From Eledone cirrhosa (taxonomy: Eukaryota): 64,000 nucleotides of DNA. The notes under the pieces were generated by a model, which made no database searches, was not told the DNA's origin, and saw nothing but the letters and a program-made list of their open reading frames with translations. The position numbers were made by a program, and so were the translations under genes. The stretch lies in the NCBI GenBank assembly GCA_964016885.1, contig OZ024742.1:85684001-85748000 (forward strand). Direction: 5' to 3'. The first letter of the stretch is position 1, and each line of letters starts with the position of its first letter. This document shows, piece by piece, positions 1-13,015 of the stretch.

Positions 1-684
1 GCGCCATCCCCTAATGTAGCAAACATGACAGCAATAATGTATTGTGGGTCTAAACGCTTTTTTTGTTTGTAGGCACTTCATATCACCACGATGCCGAATG
101 TTGTCCATTTTCAAGAGAATCCTTACTACGTACATTTGAAATCTTATTTGAACAGTCATACTGCAATTTATGTGGGAGGGAACATTTCCGCTTTTAATAG
201 GAAGAGTTTAAAGTCATGCATGAAGTATTCTACGATCCTAGCATCAAACATTCATAGTTACTGTATGGATTTTCAGCACCATCCTCGTAGCTCTAAAACT
301 TCTCTCTCGAAGAGGTACGTTTTACAGATTTAGAGCCTTAGATATGGATCTACAGAAATCTGGTTTAGAATATATGGTAAGTAATAATTTCAGCATTTAG
401 TGTTTATAAATTGTAGATATTAATGTTTCAGATTTGTGAGAGAGTTTTTGTCTCTGCTGATGCAATTATGAATTTAGAACTTTACTACTCTTATCTGCAA
501 ATCGTCTCAATAATGTTCTGTTTCGTCTTTTTGTATTGTTTAGAATATTTGTATATGGTATATATCATATTTAGTATCAAATTGTAATATATATAAATGT
601 ATCTATATATATATATATGTATTAGAAAGTGAGGTTTTTTTTACAAATTGAAAAATAACCGAGGTGTCCTACACGAGTGAAAAT

Positions 685-942
685 ATAAAGAAAAAGTGAT
701 GAAATCGAAAATGCAACTGGAGTCTTATTTTTTTTTTAAATATATATATTTATTTGGTTCCTTTACTGGTTTCGCAGTTCTTCTGCTTTTCAAAAGGTGA
801 GTTGAGATGGAGAGTCTGTAGTTTTTCTCACATCTGAAAAGCAGAAGAACTGCGAAACCGGTAAAGGAACCAAATAAATATATATATTTTAAAAAAAAAT
901 AAGACTCCAGTTGCATTTTCGATTTCATCTCTTTTTCTTTAT
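685..942. repeat. ~108-bp inverted repeat (685-792 / 835-942) carrying an HHR motif in each arm
   Basis: Arms are near-perfect reverse complements (e.g. gatgaaatcgaaaatgcaactggagtctt / aagactccagttgcattttcgatttcatc) with a 42-nt spacer. Confidence 0.9.
760..797 (-). ncRNA. Minimal type I hammerhead ribozyme with U3-A8 core
   Basis: Minus strand reads CCTT TTGAAAA GCAG AAGAA CTGC GAAA CCAG TA AAGG: stem I CCTT/AAGG, stem II GCAG/CTGC, GAAA, GUA cleavage triplet. The plus-strand arm has the palindromic CCGG stem III loop. Confidence 0.7.
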
Positions 943-959
943 TGACCATATATGGAATT

Positions 960-1053
960 ACCCCTTGAGAAGATCGGCTATTTAAATACCAGGATAAATT
1001 TTCATTTAGTCCAGAATTAGCCGTCGAAACGGCTGGAGCTCAGCCGTCGGGGT
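960..1053 (+). ncRNA. Type I hammerhead ribozyme with full stem III and U3-A8 core
   Basis: ACCCC TTGAGAA GA(T)CGGCTA...TAGCCGTC GAAA CGGCTG GAGCT CAGCCG TC GGGGT: three helices close correctly around the core, GUC cleavage site. Confidence 0.8.
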
Positions 1054-1148
1054 CTTACTGGTTCCTATTACCTACTCTACTACCCCAAGTATTGAGTACT
1101 TTGGTGCGTTATGGTCCACCTGGTTCCTTACCACATTTCCTTCGTTTT

Positions 1149-1306
<158 letters not shown>

Positions 1307-1317
1307 TTAATATATAT

Positions 1318-1484
1318 TTAATAAAGAGACAGATTTAAGCAGTACTCTGACCGACTTCCGTCTCACTCAACAAACATTAGGATATTCCTTAGTCTAATCC
1401 CAATTATACGTTTGGGGTGCCCACCATACGTATTTTGCGGATAGCCAGTTGTATTTTTTTATATGAGACATAAATAAATAAACA

Positions 1485-1487
<3 letters not shown>
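1318..1487 (-). mobile_element. 3' fragment of the repeat family seen at 44504-45536
   Basis: Reverse complement tgtctcatataaaa...ccaaacgt...aatgtttgttgagtgagacggaagtcggtcagagta matches ~44690-44815. Confidence 0.7.
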
Positions 1488-1554
<67 letters not shown>

Positions 1555-1726
1555 ATTAGTATATTTACCAACATATGCGCACAGATGTACACTAATGCTA
1601 GCAAATACATAAGTTATGTCATATTACCTAGGTGGTTCTATGCAGGGGGATGCAGAACAATTATATGAAAGACGTAAAATAAGAAAATTTTAAAAATTAA
1701 AATTTAACTTACTTGCTAAAATTTTC

Positions 1727-1808
1727 ACTCCAACTAATTAGTTTCTGTAATGGGATAAAGATAGTTACGCAATGCAACCATCGAGAATTAATTACATCAT
1801 CAGGGAGT
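1727..1808 (-). ncRNA. Type I hammerhead ribozyme (unit 1)
   Basis: ACTCC CTGATGA TGTAAT [39 nt] ATTACA GAAA CTAATTAG TT GGAGT: intact core, palindromic stem III. Confidence 0.85.
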
Positions 1809-2264
1809 CTATTCTCAGCTAAGTCTCCAGGCAATGCGCGGACACTAGGGACTCATATAAAAATAATAATTCGGTGGATGGAACAGCTAGCGGGGACTGA
1901 ATTCCATAGCACTGAAAATGTTCACTGTCTCTGGTCAAGTGGCAGATTCTAAAGAATCAATCACGTGACACTGAGGCTAGTAAGTAGGAGTGAGATGGTA
2001 TTATGACAAGAGCCTACTACCACTACGATGAATTAGCAGTGGATTTGGCAAGTTTGCTCAACAAATAAATACTTTGGAGATAAATTTAGAGAATTAGTAT
2101 ATTTACCAACATATGCGCACAGATGTACACTAATGCTAGCAAATACATAAGTTATGTCATATTACCTAGGTAGTTCTATGCAGGGGGATGCAGAACAATT
2201 ATATGAAAGACGTAAAATAAGAAAATTTTAAAAATTAAAAATTAACTTACTTGCTAAAATTTTC

Positions 2265-2346
2265 ACTCCAACTAATTAGTTTCTGTAATGGGATAAAGAT
2301 AGTTACGCAATGTAACCATCGAGAATTAATTACATCATCAGGGAGT
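2265..2346 (-). ncRNA. Type I hammerhead ribozyme (unit 2)
   Basis: Same motif 538 bp away; core and stems identical. Confidence 0.85.
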
Positions 2347-2580
2347 CTATTCTCAGCTAAGTCCCCAGGCAATGCGCGGACACTAGGGACTCATATAAAA
2401 ATAATAATTCGGTGGATGGAACAGCTAGCGGGGACTGGATTCCATAGCACTGAAAACGTTCACTGTCTCTGGTCAAGTGGCAGATTCTAAAGAATCAATC
2501 ACGTGACACTGTTCCACCCACCGAATTATTATTTTTATATGAGTCCCTAGTGTCCGCGCATTGCCTGAGGACTTAGCTGA

Positions 2581-2639
<59 letters not shown>

Positions 2640-2640
2640 T

Positions 2641-2873
2641 GTAAGTATAGTATATTGGCAATATACCGTATCTTTAATTATAATTTTCGGCGGAAGCAGG
2701 GGATTGCGTGGTTCTGATGGGCAGCAGCCAGCATGAAACAGATTGTCAACCTCTCTCCCTCTTTCGGCAAAAGTAAGTAAGTGACATAGTCACTACTTTA
2801 AAACTGATAGCGTATGGTCTTCTAAATGTTTTTAATTAAACATACGGTATATTGCAAAATATACTATACATAC
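2641..2873. mobile_element. Small element with ~40-bp inverted ends and a decayed internal HHR (2710-2751, +)
   Basis: 2641-2680 is approximately the reverse complement of 2833-2873; inside is GGTT CTGATGG ... GAAA CAGATTG TC AACC. Confidence 0.6.
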
Positions 2874-3007
2874 TTTCATATATACATCGCTATTTCAGAG
2901 CACCAACCCTAATTCCATATATACGGACGTATACATGGACGTATCTCTGAATATACCCGTGTATGTATGTATGTATGTGTGCATTGTGTAAGTATGCATG
3001 TATGTAA

Positions 3008-3040
<33 letters not shown>

Positions 3041-3044
<4 letters not shown>

Positions 3045-3211
3045 GAAAGTTAACATTACAAAACATAACTACTCCGACAGAGATGTTATAGATAAAATAT
3101 ATCTATAACATCTCTGTCTGACGAACGATCCAAACGTATACTATTATCGTCTGTGATCCAGAAACCTTTGGTAATGGACAACTTATAATTTGTGTTGTTC
3201 ACTTTCTAATT
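3041..3211. mobile_element. Palindromic mini-element, same family as 34044-34259
   Basis: Ends aattagaaagt/actttctaatt; internal hairpin gacagagatgttatagata/tatctataacatctctgtc; CTGACGA remnant; shared tail gaaa(c/t)ctttggtaatggac. Confidence 0.65.
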
Positions 3212-3272
3212 AAATAGCTCTTTTCTATACATAGAACACTCTTTTTTCTTTTGCTTTTCCTTTAGAATTACC

Positions 3273-3319
<47 letters not shown>

Positions 3320-3852
3320 CATGTGTGTGTGCGTGTTTGTGTGTGTGTGTGTGTGTGTGTCTGCATACATATGTATAGTTATCCGTGTATATATGAATGT
3401 ACTTATGCATAGAAATATATTTATACCATCTAACCAAATCAAGCGTCTCAGTAATTTAATTAATAACAATCGTAATTTAATTAATAACAATTGAACAAAA
3501 CTGGTTTGATTTAAAATTATAATCTTCATACATACATACGAGATTTCTAACTCTATTTCTCTTTCTCTCTCATCTGTAGCTAAAGTAAATATTCATGACG
3601 AGAATATAATTATTGGCGGAATATATTGATCCCAACATGCATCTATTATTTACTGTACCTTCTAATTAACAAATATTCATAAACAGTTGTTTTTTACATA
3701 CACACACACACACAGTCACACACATACACAGCCACGCACTCACACACACACACACACACCTATATATATATATATCATGTATACAACCGACCGTTATATC
3801 CAGTAGGTTCGGCCTGCTTGTGGCAAGTGTATATTCTTATGTATGTTCTTGA

Positions 3853-4644
<792 letters not shown>

Positions 4645-6708
4645 TATTTATATATACGGTGAAACCTAGAAAATCATATAAGTGTTTTCTCGCTAAAAAT
4701 ATTAATTCTCGTAATTATCTGCTTGCTGATGTTCAAATACAAAACCTAAACCCTTATAACATGCCCCTCACTGAAAAACAGATATTGTAGTAAAGCTTTT
4801 ACCAAGTTAATGGTACTATTAACAGTATTTGCAACACATCAACACCACAATAAGAATATCAGTAACGCTTAATTCGATATAATTTGAAACAAAACCTATG
4901 TATCGACAGCTTAAAGGCCACAAAACTCTACCTTCACGAACACGTCTATACATATACCTGTAGCCACACGTTAATAGCCTTTATTGTCTATATGCCAACA
5001 CACATATAGACTTAGAAATCTCGACGAAAAGGCTAATCACATGACATATAATTAAAATTGCACTACATACAACCACCTGTAGCCACACGTTAATAGCCTT
5101 TATTGTCACGGAAGCGAAGGAACACGCTTCTGAAAAAAACGTAGTTAAATGCGAGAATGCGACTGGGCATGCGCAAACACTACTAGTTGGAATCACAATG
5201 TAAATTTATTTTCCAACTCCAAATTTATATGCAATATTACGAAGAAAATGTGATGAGCGATTATCCACCTAGTCTACTTTGCATTCAACCAAATTCAACA
5301 TTAAAAGAAATACAAGTCTAAAATGGTGAATCTATATTACTACTGGCATCAAAGGTTTTTTTGCTTTTACTAATGACCAAACCGGATCGCTTAAATTCAT
5401 TTAATAGTATGTTTTATTTTCTTGAGATACAGGGATTTTTAGAGATAATTGTCCACAATTAAATAAACATGAACTTAGTTCTGTGTCGCTGTGTCAGGTT
5501 TAAACGGAGTGTGAGCCTTTGTTTGACATCGATGTAGGAAATTGTGAAGTAGGCATTTATCCTTGACTCAACACGAAATAACTAGATACACATAACATCT
5601 TAGTTTTCACATATAACGACAAAACTATTCTATGCTGCACCATGGTATATTGAAAGAATTCAATCGGATTTGAAAGAATTCAATCGGATTATTTAAAGGG
5701 AGTAGCTAATTAAATTACTATTAGAATCAATATAACGATAGCATGGATGATATTCAGTATGTCCGAGTATGTATAGAATGTGTATCCTTAAATGTGAGAA
5801 CATCTGCGACATTTAAACAATAATAAAATCACTGTTCGTAGGAAACCGTTTTATCTAATAGCGGCAAACGAAATATTCAATAAAACAACCACTAATATAA
5901 GCGTGTGGTTTGGTGGTCACGAAAGAGAAAGTTAATATACTAACCTTTAGAAGCCTGAGGAATATATAAATGGAGTTTAATCCACTATACAAAATACAAG
6001 TTACAAATTAACTAGTCAGGATTGTGTAGTATGAATGAGACATAATTTAATATCAAATAAAAATATAAAACCTTTAACTCAAGTGATGTGTGGGTTAGTA
6101 TTTCCTTATCCACGAAGAAATTAGAATTGAAAAGACAACTGTCCAAGTATCTTCCGGTCACTGATGAGTTTGTGGGAATGCATGTAGCAGTGGAGAGATC
6201 GGGGGCTCTTTGCCCCTGGACCACATCCTCTACTCACTGCTAAAGAGCGGAGTTTGCGTGCCATGCGAGGCAGATTTGCTGTTATTATGCATCTTCTGCT
6301 CCAACCTCCTGTTCAAGGCATTCTCCATCATGTCACCCGGGATCCAGAGGTAGTGAGTGAGTTAGATAGTGGTGTAGAATATTTGTTCATACCTCACATA
6401 TTTACATATAATTCATATGGAGTTTGATAAATTTTTCATGAGTTCATCGAAGAGTTAAAAGACGCAATCAGTAGTTCAAATTCCCATTCACTACTAAGCA
6501 TCCCGGATATAGCAGATACTTGTAATTGGCAAACATCATTTAATTTTTTACGCAGTATATCCAAAAAAATATGTGAAATTCATCACGGGTAATTAGGTGT
6601 GATGTCCTGTTTTAGGATGTTTCTAAATGAACATGTCCGGCTGTTGTTGTTCAACATATTTTCAATGCGTTTTACTTATCTTTCGCTATATATGGAGCAA
6701 TTATCAAT

Positions 6709-6901
6709 AATAATTCTTTCTACTTTTGACACATGGCTAGCAATTATCCCAGCGCATTACTGGTGCTTTATTTTATCGACCCCGTAAATATGAAAAGCAA
6801 AGTTAACATCGGCGTGATTTGAACTCAGATAATATAGGTCATAATTCTAGGCTGCAAAGCATGGTGTCCGACATTCCAAATTTGAAATTCTGATAATTCG
6901 C
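6709..6901 (-). mobile_element. tRNA-derived SINE (Octopus-type)
   Basis: Reverse complement of the family core gcctttcatccttacggggtcgataaaataaagtaccag plus B-box gagttcaaatc. Confidence 0.85.
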
Positions 6902-7084
6902 ACGATACTTTTGTAACCCAATGACAGAAGGATCAATTAAAAGTTAATATCAAATGATTCTGATGACTCAGCTAACTAAGATATTCAACTATAAGAGATC
7001 ATCCATGGAAATACCGGTTGCAATACATATAAGTAGCCGTAGGCTTTAATGCATTGTGTAATATTGTGCGTATTTTTGTTTTCG

Positions 7085-7134
<50 letters not shown>

Positions 7135-7140
<6 letters not shown>

Positions 7141-7440
7141 TAAAAATGTTGTTCTGCCCACCATTATGGCTTCGCATTTGAATTTATGTTGGTCCGAAAT
7201 TATTTCCACTTCTCAACAAACACTTCTCTAAGGAGCATAAAGACAAGTTGAAACTCGGATATTATTGTGCTAAACATATGCAAGCCCAAATCATTACCCA
7301 CCCGGATGCTCTTACAGAAAGCCAGAATCATGTCCTTTTCAACAACAGTGTAACATACTTGCAATCGTCTTTGAGGCTTAAGATACATCCACTTGGTCGA
7401 AACAATAGCAAAACTTCAAACATAGTTAAGTATGTAGTTA
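7135..7440 (+). mobile_element. Decayed PLE fragment (linker before the GIY-YIG domain)
   Basis: Frameshifted FCPP...LLNKHFSKEH..KLKLGYYCAKHMQAQII, homologous to the 58.8-kb copy (VKLGYSCAKKMKAHI). Confidence 0.55.
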
Positions 7441-8011
7441 GACGCTCCGTTAAGCGAACGTCCTGTGAAGCGAACGTCCCGAAGATGTGAAGCAACGTAT
7501 GGTCACTCAAGAATGAGTGAATTTCTCCACTCAATGGAAAGTTCTAACGGAACCCCGACCATACCGAAATGGAACAGTGCCATTTAAGTTGTGTAAGAGT
7601 AGGGCAAGTGAGCATTGACTTGATAGCGACCAGCATCTGACACTAAGTCGTCGACAGTTACTCACCCTTTGCTTCTGCTGGAATTCGCAAGATGGCGCTA
7701 TGCCTACGTAGCTGAAATCTTTCAAAATGTGTATTCCCAAATATACTGTGTAACGCTAGATATAAACAACACGCATACAGATATGCGTTACAGCTATGTT
7801 AGAGCGAGTCCCACAAACACACATAAAAACATTTACATACAGACACACACACACGAAAAAAACATACATTTATATATATATAGAATAAATTTGCCTATAC
7901 TTAACTAATGTATGGCGTATCTTTTTTAACCGTGACCACCTCCAACGCAACTCGGAAATACACGCACAACAACTCACACACACGCACACACACACACGCG
8001 CACACACACAC

Positions 8012-8111
<100 letters not shown>

Positions 8112-8131
8112 TAATGTATATAATGTATACG

Positions 8132-8521
<390 letters not shown>

Positions 8522-10035
8522 GTATTTGAGGAAATGAAATAATGTGCTTTCATCACGCGCAGTAATGTGCCTGAAATATTATCTGGTATATAAAATCAAT
8601 AAGGTAAAATACATGTTTTTACATTCCATCAAAGATATTTGCCTTTGAGATACGAATAAAAGGAAAACTTATGTAAAACATTCTACGACCATATTTCGTA
8701 TATTAACTGCGCTACAAGAAATATTCAGTGATTCAATTTAGGTTTCGAGTTATTTATTTAGTACGATCTGTTATGAGAAATAATGTAAAGAAAATCACTA
8801 AAACTCTATGGTCTGAGTCGGCAATAATCCAGAAAAATATTACTAATTGTATAGTTTCAAAGAATGAAAGAAAAAACTTATAATAGAATTGTGGGCCTTA
8901 GATGCCAGTAAAATATAAGTAGCAAAATTTTGATATATGCATGCGAAATATTATATGCAAATAAAGCTTAGGGAAACAACGTAGAGGAATACAATAACTA
9001 TTATGTGGTAAATAACTAATTTAGCTGTATTTGTTGGCCTACATGCCATTTTCATTCTATTCACTGCACACACCAAGCCATTCATGTAATATACGTTTAT
9101 TGTTGTTATATACCTAATATTTCCTTTTAGTTTCTCGATGTAACGGAATTCAATAATACTGAGAAGTATGCCAACAATTAGGAATTAATCAAATGTTGTC
9201 TACTTAATATTTGTTTGGCTGTAGAAAGCAAGTTAAACATATCTTCTTATGTACACATCACCACAATTATTATATTATTTATTTTAGTGTTAGGAGCAAT
9301 TGTAAATATATCGAATATGGAGTTGAATATTGCATTAAATCACATAAACCTGCCTTTTTATTACTCATATTTCAATATGAATATACTAAACACAAATTGT
9401 ATTCGACTGCTTATTAATATGAGCTCTGGATAGTGCCTCATGTCATATGGACAATCAATATCTGTTACATCTTATCAATTACGTCGTATTTGAGCACAAT
9501 GACACTCACTCAAGGCAAACCATATTACAACGGAATTTTGTGTGAGCAATTGGCAATAATTACTGTGCCATTCAATGAAACCTAATAAAATAGTTACTAT
9601 TAATTTATTACTTTCGTATATATTGACTAGAAAAAGCCGGTCTAAATATATATTGATATTTCCAAAGTTTTTAATAAAATTGCTTTTCATAAACATGAAA
9701 ATAAACGATTACAATGATTTTGCTCTGAAGGTGTGATTGTAGATATACAGCTGAAGCCTTATATACATATACTGAATAAAACTGATCAAATACAATTTTG
9801 AAACTAAGAAATTGTCTCACTTTAAACGTCTGAGAGTGATTCTTCTTTTCTATATAGAACATGAGAGTAATCTTCGAATAAACATCGGTAAATGAATTTA
9901 ATATATATCATACAGTATTAATATAAAGAACAAAGTTAATCCTTTCACATAAACCTATCAATCACAATACCCTTCCTTCCTGAATTAAAAAAAATGAACT
10001 ATTTCAACAGTGAAAACAGCAGTTGTTTTTCCTTC

Positions 10036-10560
10036 TCAACTGGAGCCGGAAGGCCTAGACCGACGAGATAGCAAGGGCCCCGACGGAATCACCCTCTTCC
10101 TTCGAAGGAGGTAGATCCCTCATCTGGAACGCCACCTGCTGCGATACGTTTCTTCGCCTCCAACTTAGTCGCTTCAGCCATAAACCCCGGCATCGCGGCC
10201 CGTCACGCAGAGGAAGGTAAAATAAAAAAATACTGGGGTTTGTCCGGCCTCTACCCCTTCTCACCCGTCACCGTCAAGACGTCAGGCGTACTTGGACCCC
10301 GTACAGCCGAACTCCTTCACAACATCTAATGACATAAAATCATGTATATTATTTTTATATAAAATAAGCATACGAGTGTCTGTCTCGCTATGAATATTTT
10401 GACGCATGAGGTTGTATGGCTGTTGCAGCGGGTGTCACTGGCCATCGTCCGCGCAGACCTTCTGCCCTTATGCCCAAGGCCCAAAGCCGAATCACCATTC
10501 CCTTTCACCGCTATTCTCTCTTCTGCGACACCAGAACTCTTGCCATCCACTCCTCTTCCC
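10036..10560 (+). mobile_element. 3' fragment of a CRE-like non-LTR retrotransposon (restriction-like endonuclease domain)
   Basis: LEPEGLDRRDSKGPDGITL..GRSLIWNATCCDT..AARHAEEGKIKKY..KTSGVLGP..WLLQRVSLAIVR. Confidence 0.8.
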
Positions 10561-10690
10561 GTTCTTTTATTCTTTCTTTTTCTCTTTCTTCTCCTTTTCC
10601 TATTCCTTTTTTCTTTTGTTTACTTTTCTCTTTTATTATTATTGTTGTTGTTATTATTGTTGTCATTATTATTATTATTATTATTAATGT

Positions 10691-10884
10691 AGGGCGGTGG
10701 ATTGGCAATATCGGTAGAGCTTCGGATGCCATGCCTTGACGCATAGAGTTACGGCCCTTGCCATTCTGATTTCAAATCCCGCCGAGGTTAACTCTGCCTT
10801 TCATCCTTACGGTGTCGATAAAATAAAGTACCAGTAATGCACTGGTTAATTGCTGGCCTTGTGCCAAAAGTAGAAACAATTATT
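10691..10884 (+). mobile_element. tRNA-derived SINE
   Basis: A-box tggcaatatcgg, B-box-like ttcaaatccc, family core, (ATT)n context. Confidence 0.9.
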
Positions 10885-11166
10885 AATGTAAATGAAAAAA
10901 AAACCAGATATGTGTGTAGTTAAAAAATAGCTAATGACATAAAATCATGTGTATTATTTTTATATAAAATAAGCATACGAGTGTATGTCTCGCTATGAAT
11001 ATGTTGATTTGTGATTATGTCTCAGCTATTTTAACACATACTAATATATTTCATGGTAATATTCTCGAATGTTTATTTTACATGAGATATATATGTTTTT
11101 ATATACAGCTATATAATGACCGTACTACATTACTGCTATAGCTAAAATAGATGATCATACTGCAAA

Positions 11167-11358
11167 AATTATTGTTTCTCCTTTTGGCACCAGATCAGCA
11201 ATTACCCCAATGCATTACTGGTGCTTTATTTTATCAACTCCGTAAGGATGAAAGCCAAAACTAACCGTGGCGGGATTTGAACTCAGAACGTAAAGGGCTG
11301 CAAATCTATACTGCAAAGCACGGCGTTCGAACCTGTGGTGATCTACCAATCCACCGCT
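11167..11358 (-). mobile_element. tRNA-derived SINE
   Basis: Reverse complement of the family consensus. Confidence 0.88.
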
Positions 11359-11949
11359 TTCAATGATGCTCAAATAATAATTTACTTCAAATATATTTGT
11401 GTCGTCAGAAATTAAAACGGAATACAAACGTAAATACTTACTGATATATATGGGTGCGAGCTATTATGACTGCAATGGGTATTCTGGGAATAATTTCAAG
11501 GATATTCGCAAATATATAAAAAAGTATATTAACTTACTGTTGTTTATGTATTATAAACATTTTATATATGTTAAATGGAAAATAGCGCTCTATAAGTTAA
11601 CATCTATATGTATGTGAATGTTATATCTGTACGAATAAAGAGAGTGTAACAGAGACTGTAACAAAGTGCATAATTAATATATATATAGTAAGATATACTC
11701 TAGCAACTTAAATGATATGTATAAATATCGAGTGTTTAACAGAGACTGAAACAATGTGTATAAATATATACACATATCTATTGCGTAGTAAGGCAACTTC
11801 GCCAGAAAATATGGATTTCTCAGATAATTTAATATACTGTATGGTTTTCGTGTCACATTGGACCCTCATTATACGACGTGTATATTATCATTTCAAACGT
11901 AAGCAAACATAAATTTAACGTGTTATAGCAGCAGAATTAACGACAAACA

Positions 11950-13015
11950 CAACAGTAACAACAGTGGCCCCTTGAAAAATGCATAACAAACAAAATGGGA
12001 GAGCTTCTCCTACGACATGAGACTAACTAACGTAGGGACAACCCACTCGTTTTGAGAGATTTCCAAAGGAAACCGGACTAGATATAGCGACAAAAAATAC
12101 ACGATCTCCAATATCACCCGGGAGGAGGTGTATACCTTCTTTTTGTTTTCTCTCTTAACTCCAATCAGCGAACATATCATTCATAAGAGTCTAGTATACG
12201 AGTATACGTGACTTTAGGTAGTCTTTGTAGCATAATCGGTTGCTCAACAACGGCAGGTCAATAATAATGGATATAACAGCCGTTGGTGAAACCAGAATGT
12301 CCGACATCCATGCCGGAAATGTTGTGCTGGGTCAGGCCAATATCGAGATTTTTGTATCTGGCATTTGAATGTTGTTAGGCACTCACACCCTCTTACCAAA
12401 TCAGGGAATGCGGTGTGTAGAAAGTCCACATTCGCATTCTGTAGGAAACTATTGTTTGGCAATGCGATGACGTTCTCTTGGGCACTCTGGTGTCCACGAG
12501 AAAGTAACATCTAGTCTTTTCGGAGGACTTCCAGTCCCGAGACTGTAGATAATTTCTAGAAATCTCTGGCCTGGCAGTGCTACCGGCTACTCTGCCGATT
12601 CGAGAAAAAATCTTCAAGCCAGGAAATAGTATCAGATGGACTTGTCGGAGATCGTCTTAGAGAGAACAAACCATTCTGCACGCCGACTTTCAGTGGAGAG
12701 GGAAGTGCTGACCCTCAGTACATGTGTTAAAAGTTGTGTGCATATGGCACGAGTTAAGGATTCTACTCTGATCATGCGACTGTATTCTTGATATTTCAAA
12801 TAAGAGGAGAATCCTTCCTATATTGCTCTAGGTCATTAGGTAGGGCGGAACTCTGGGTTTCTACACCTACACCTATATAATGCTTCCCCTTGTCTTCTTT
12901 TCATTTCTTGTTAATGGTTACCAGATTTACATTTTTACTTGTTTTTAAGTAAAGCCCCACCCTCCTTGTTCTTTTTTATTTTCCTTTATGTGTCGGCCTT
13001 CGTGTTCATTAAATA
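11950..13015 (+). mobile_element. Heavily deleted Tx1/L1-like LINE relic
   Basis: DNF*KSLAWQCYR..LPIREKI..TCRR..EQTILHA matches the ORF2 C-terminus of the 52.4-57 kb element. Confidence 0.6.

Larger units (their letters stand above)
1551..2585 (-). mobile_element. Non-autonomous retrozyme/PLE-derived element: 538-bp tandem unit (1.8 copies) plus terminal inverted segment
   Basis: 1551-2088 is repeated at 2089-2511; 2509-2585 is the reverse complement of 2348-2424; one HHR per unit; microsatellites on both sides. Confidence 0.8.

Noticed and set aside
73-376. ORF 91-333 with a nearby ttgtag acceptor and gt donors
   Set aside because: No recognisable homology and no consistent partner exon; cannot be supported.
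4956-5107. 33-bp direct repeat (4956-4988/5075-5107) and a 20-bp tandem at 5651-5690
   Set aside because: Small local duplications with no further structure.
6955-7030. CTGATGA...GAAA motif; similar relics near 14985-15031 and 38800-38860
   Set aside because: Stems or core are too degenerate to call a ribozyme from sequence alone.
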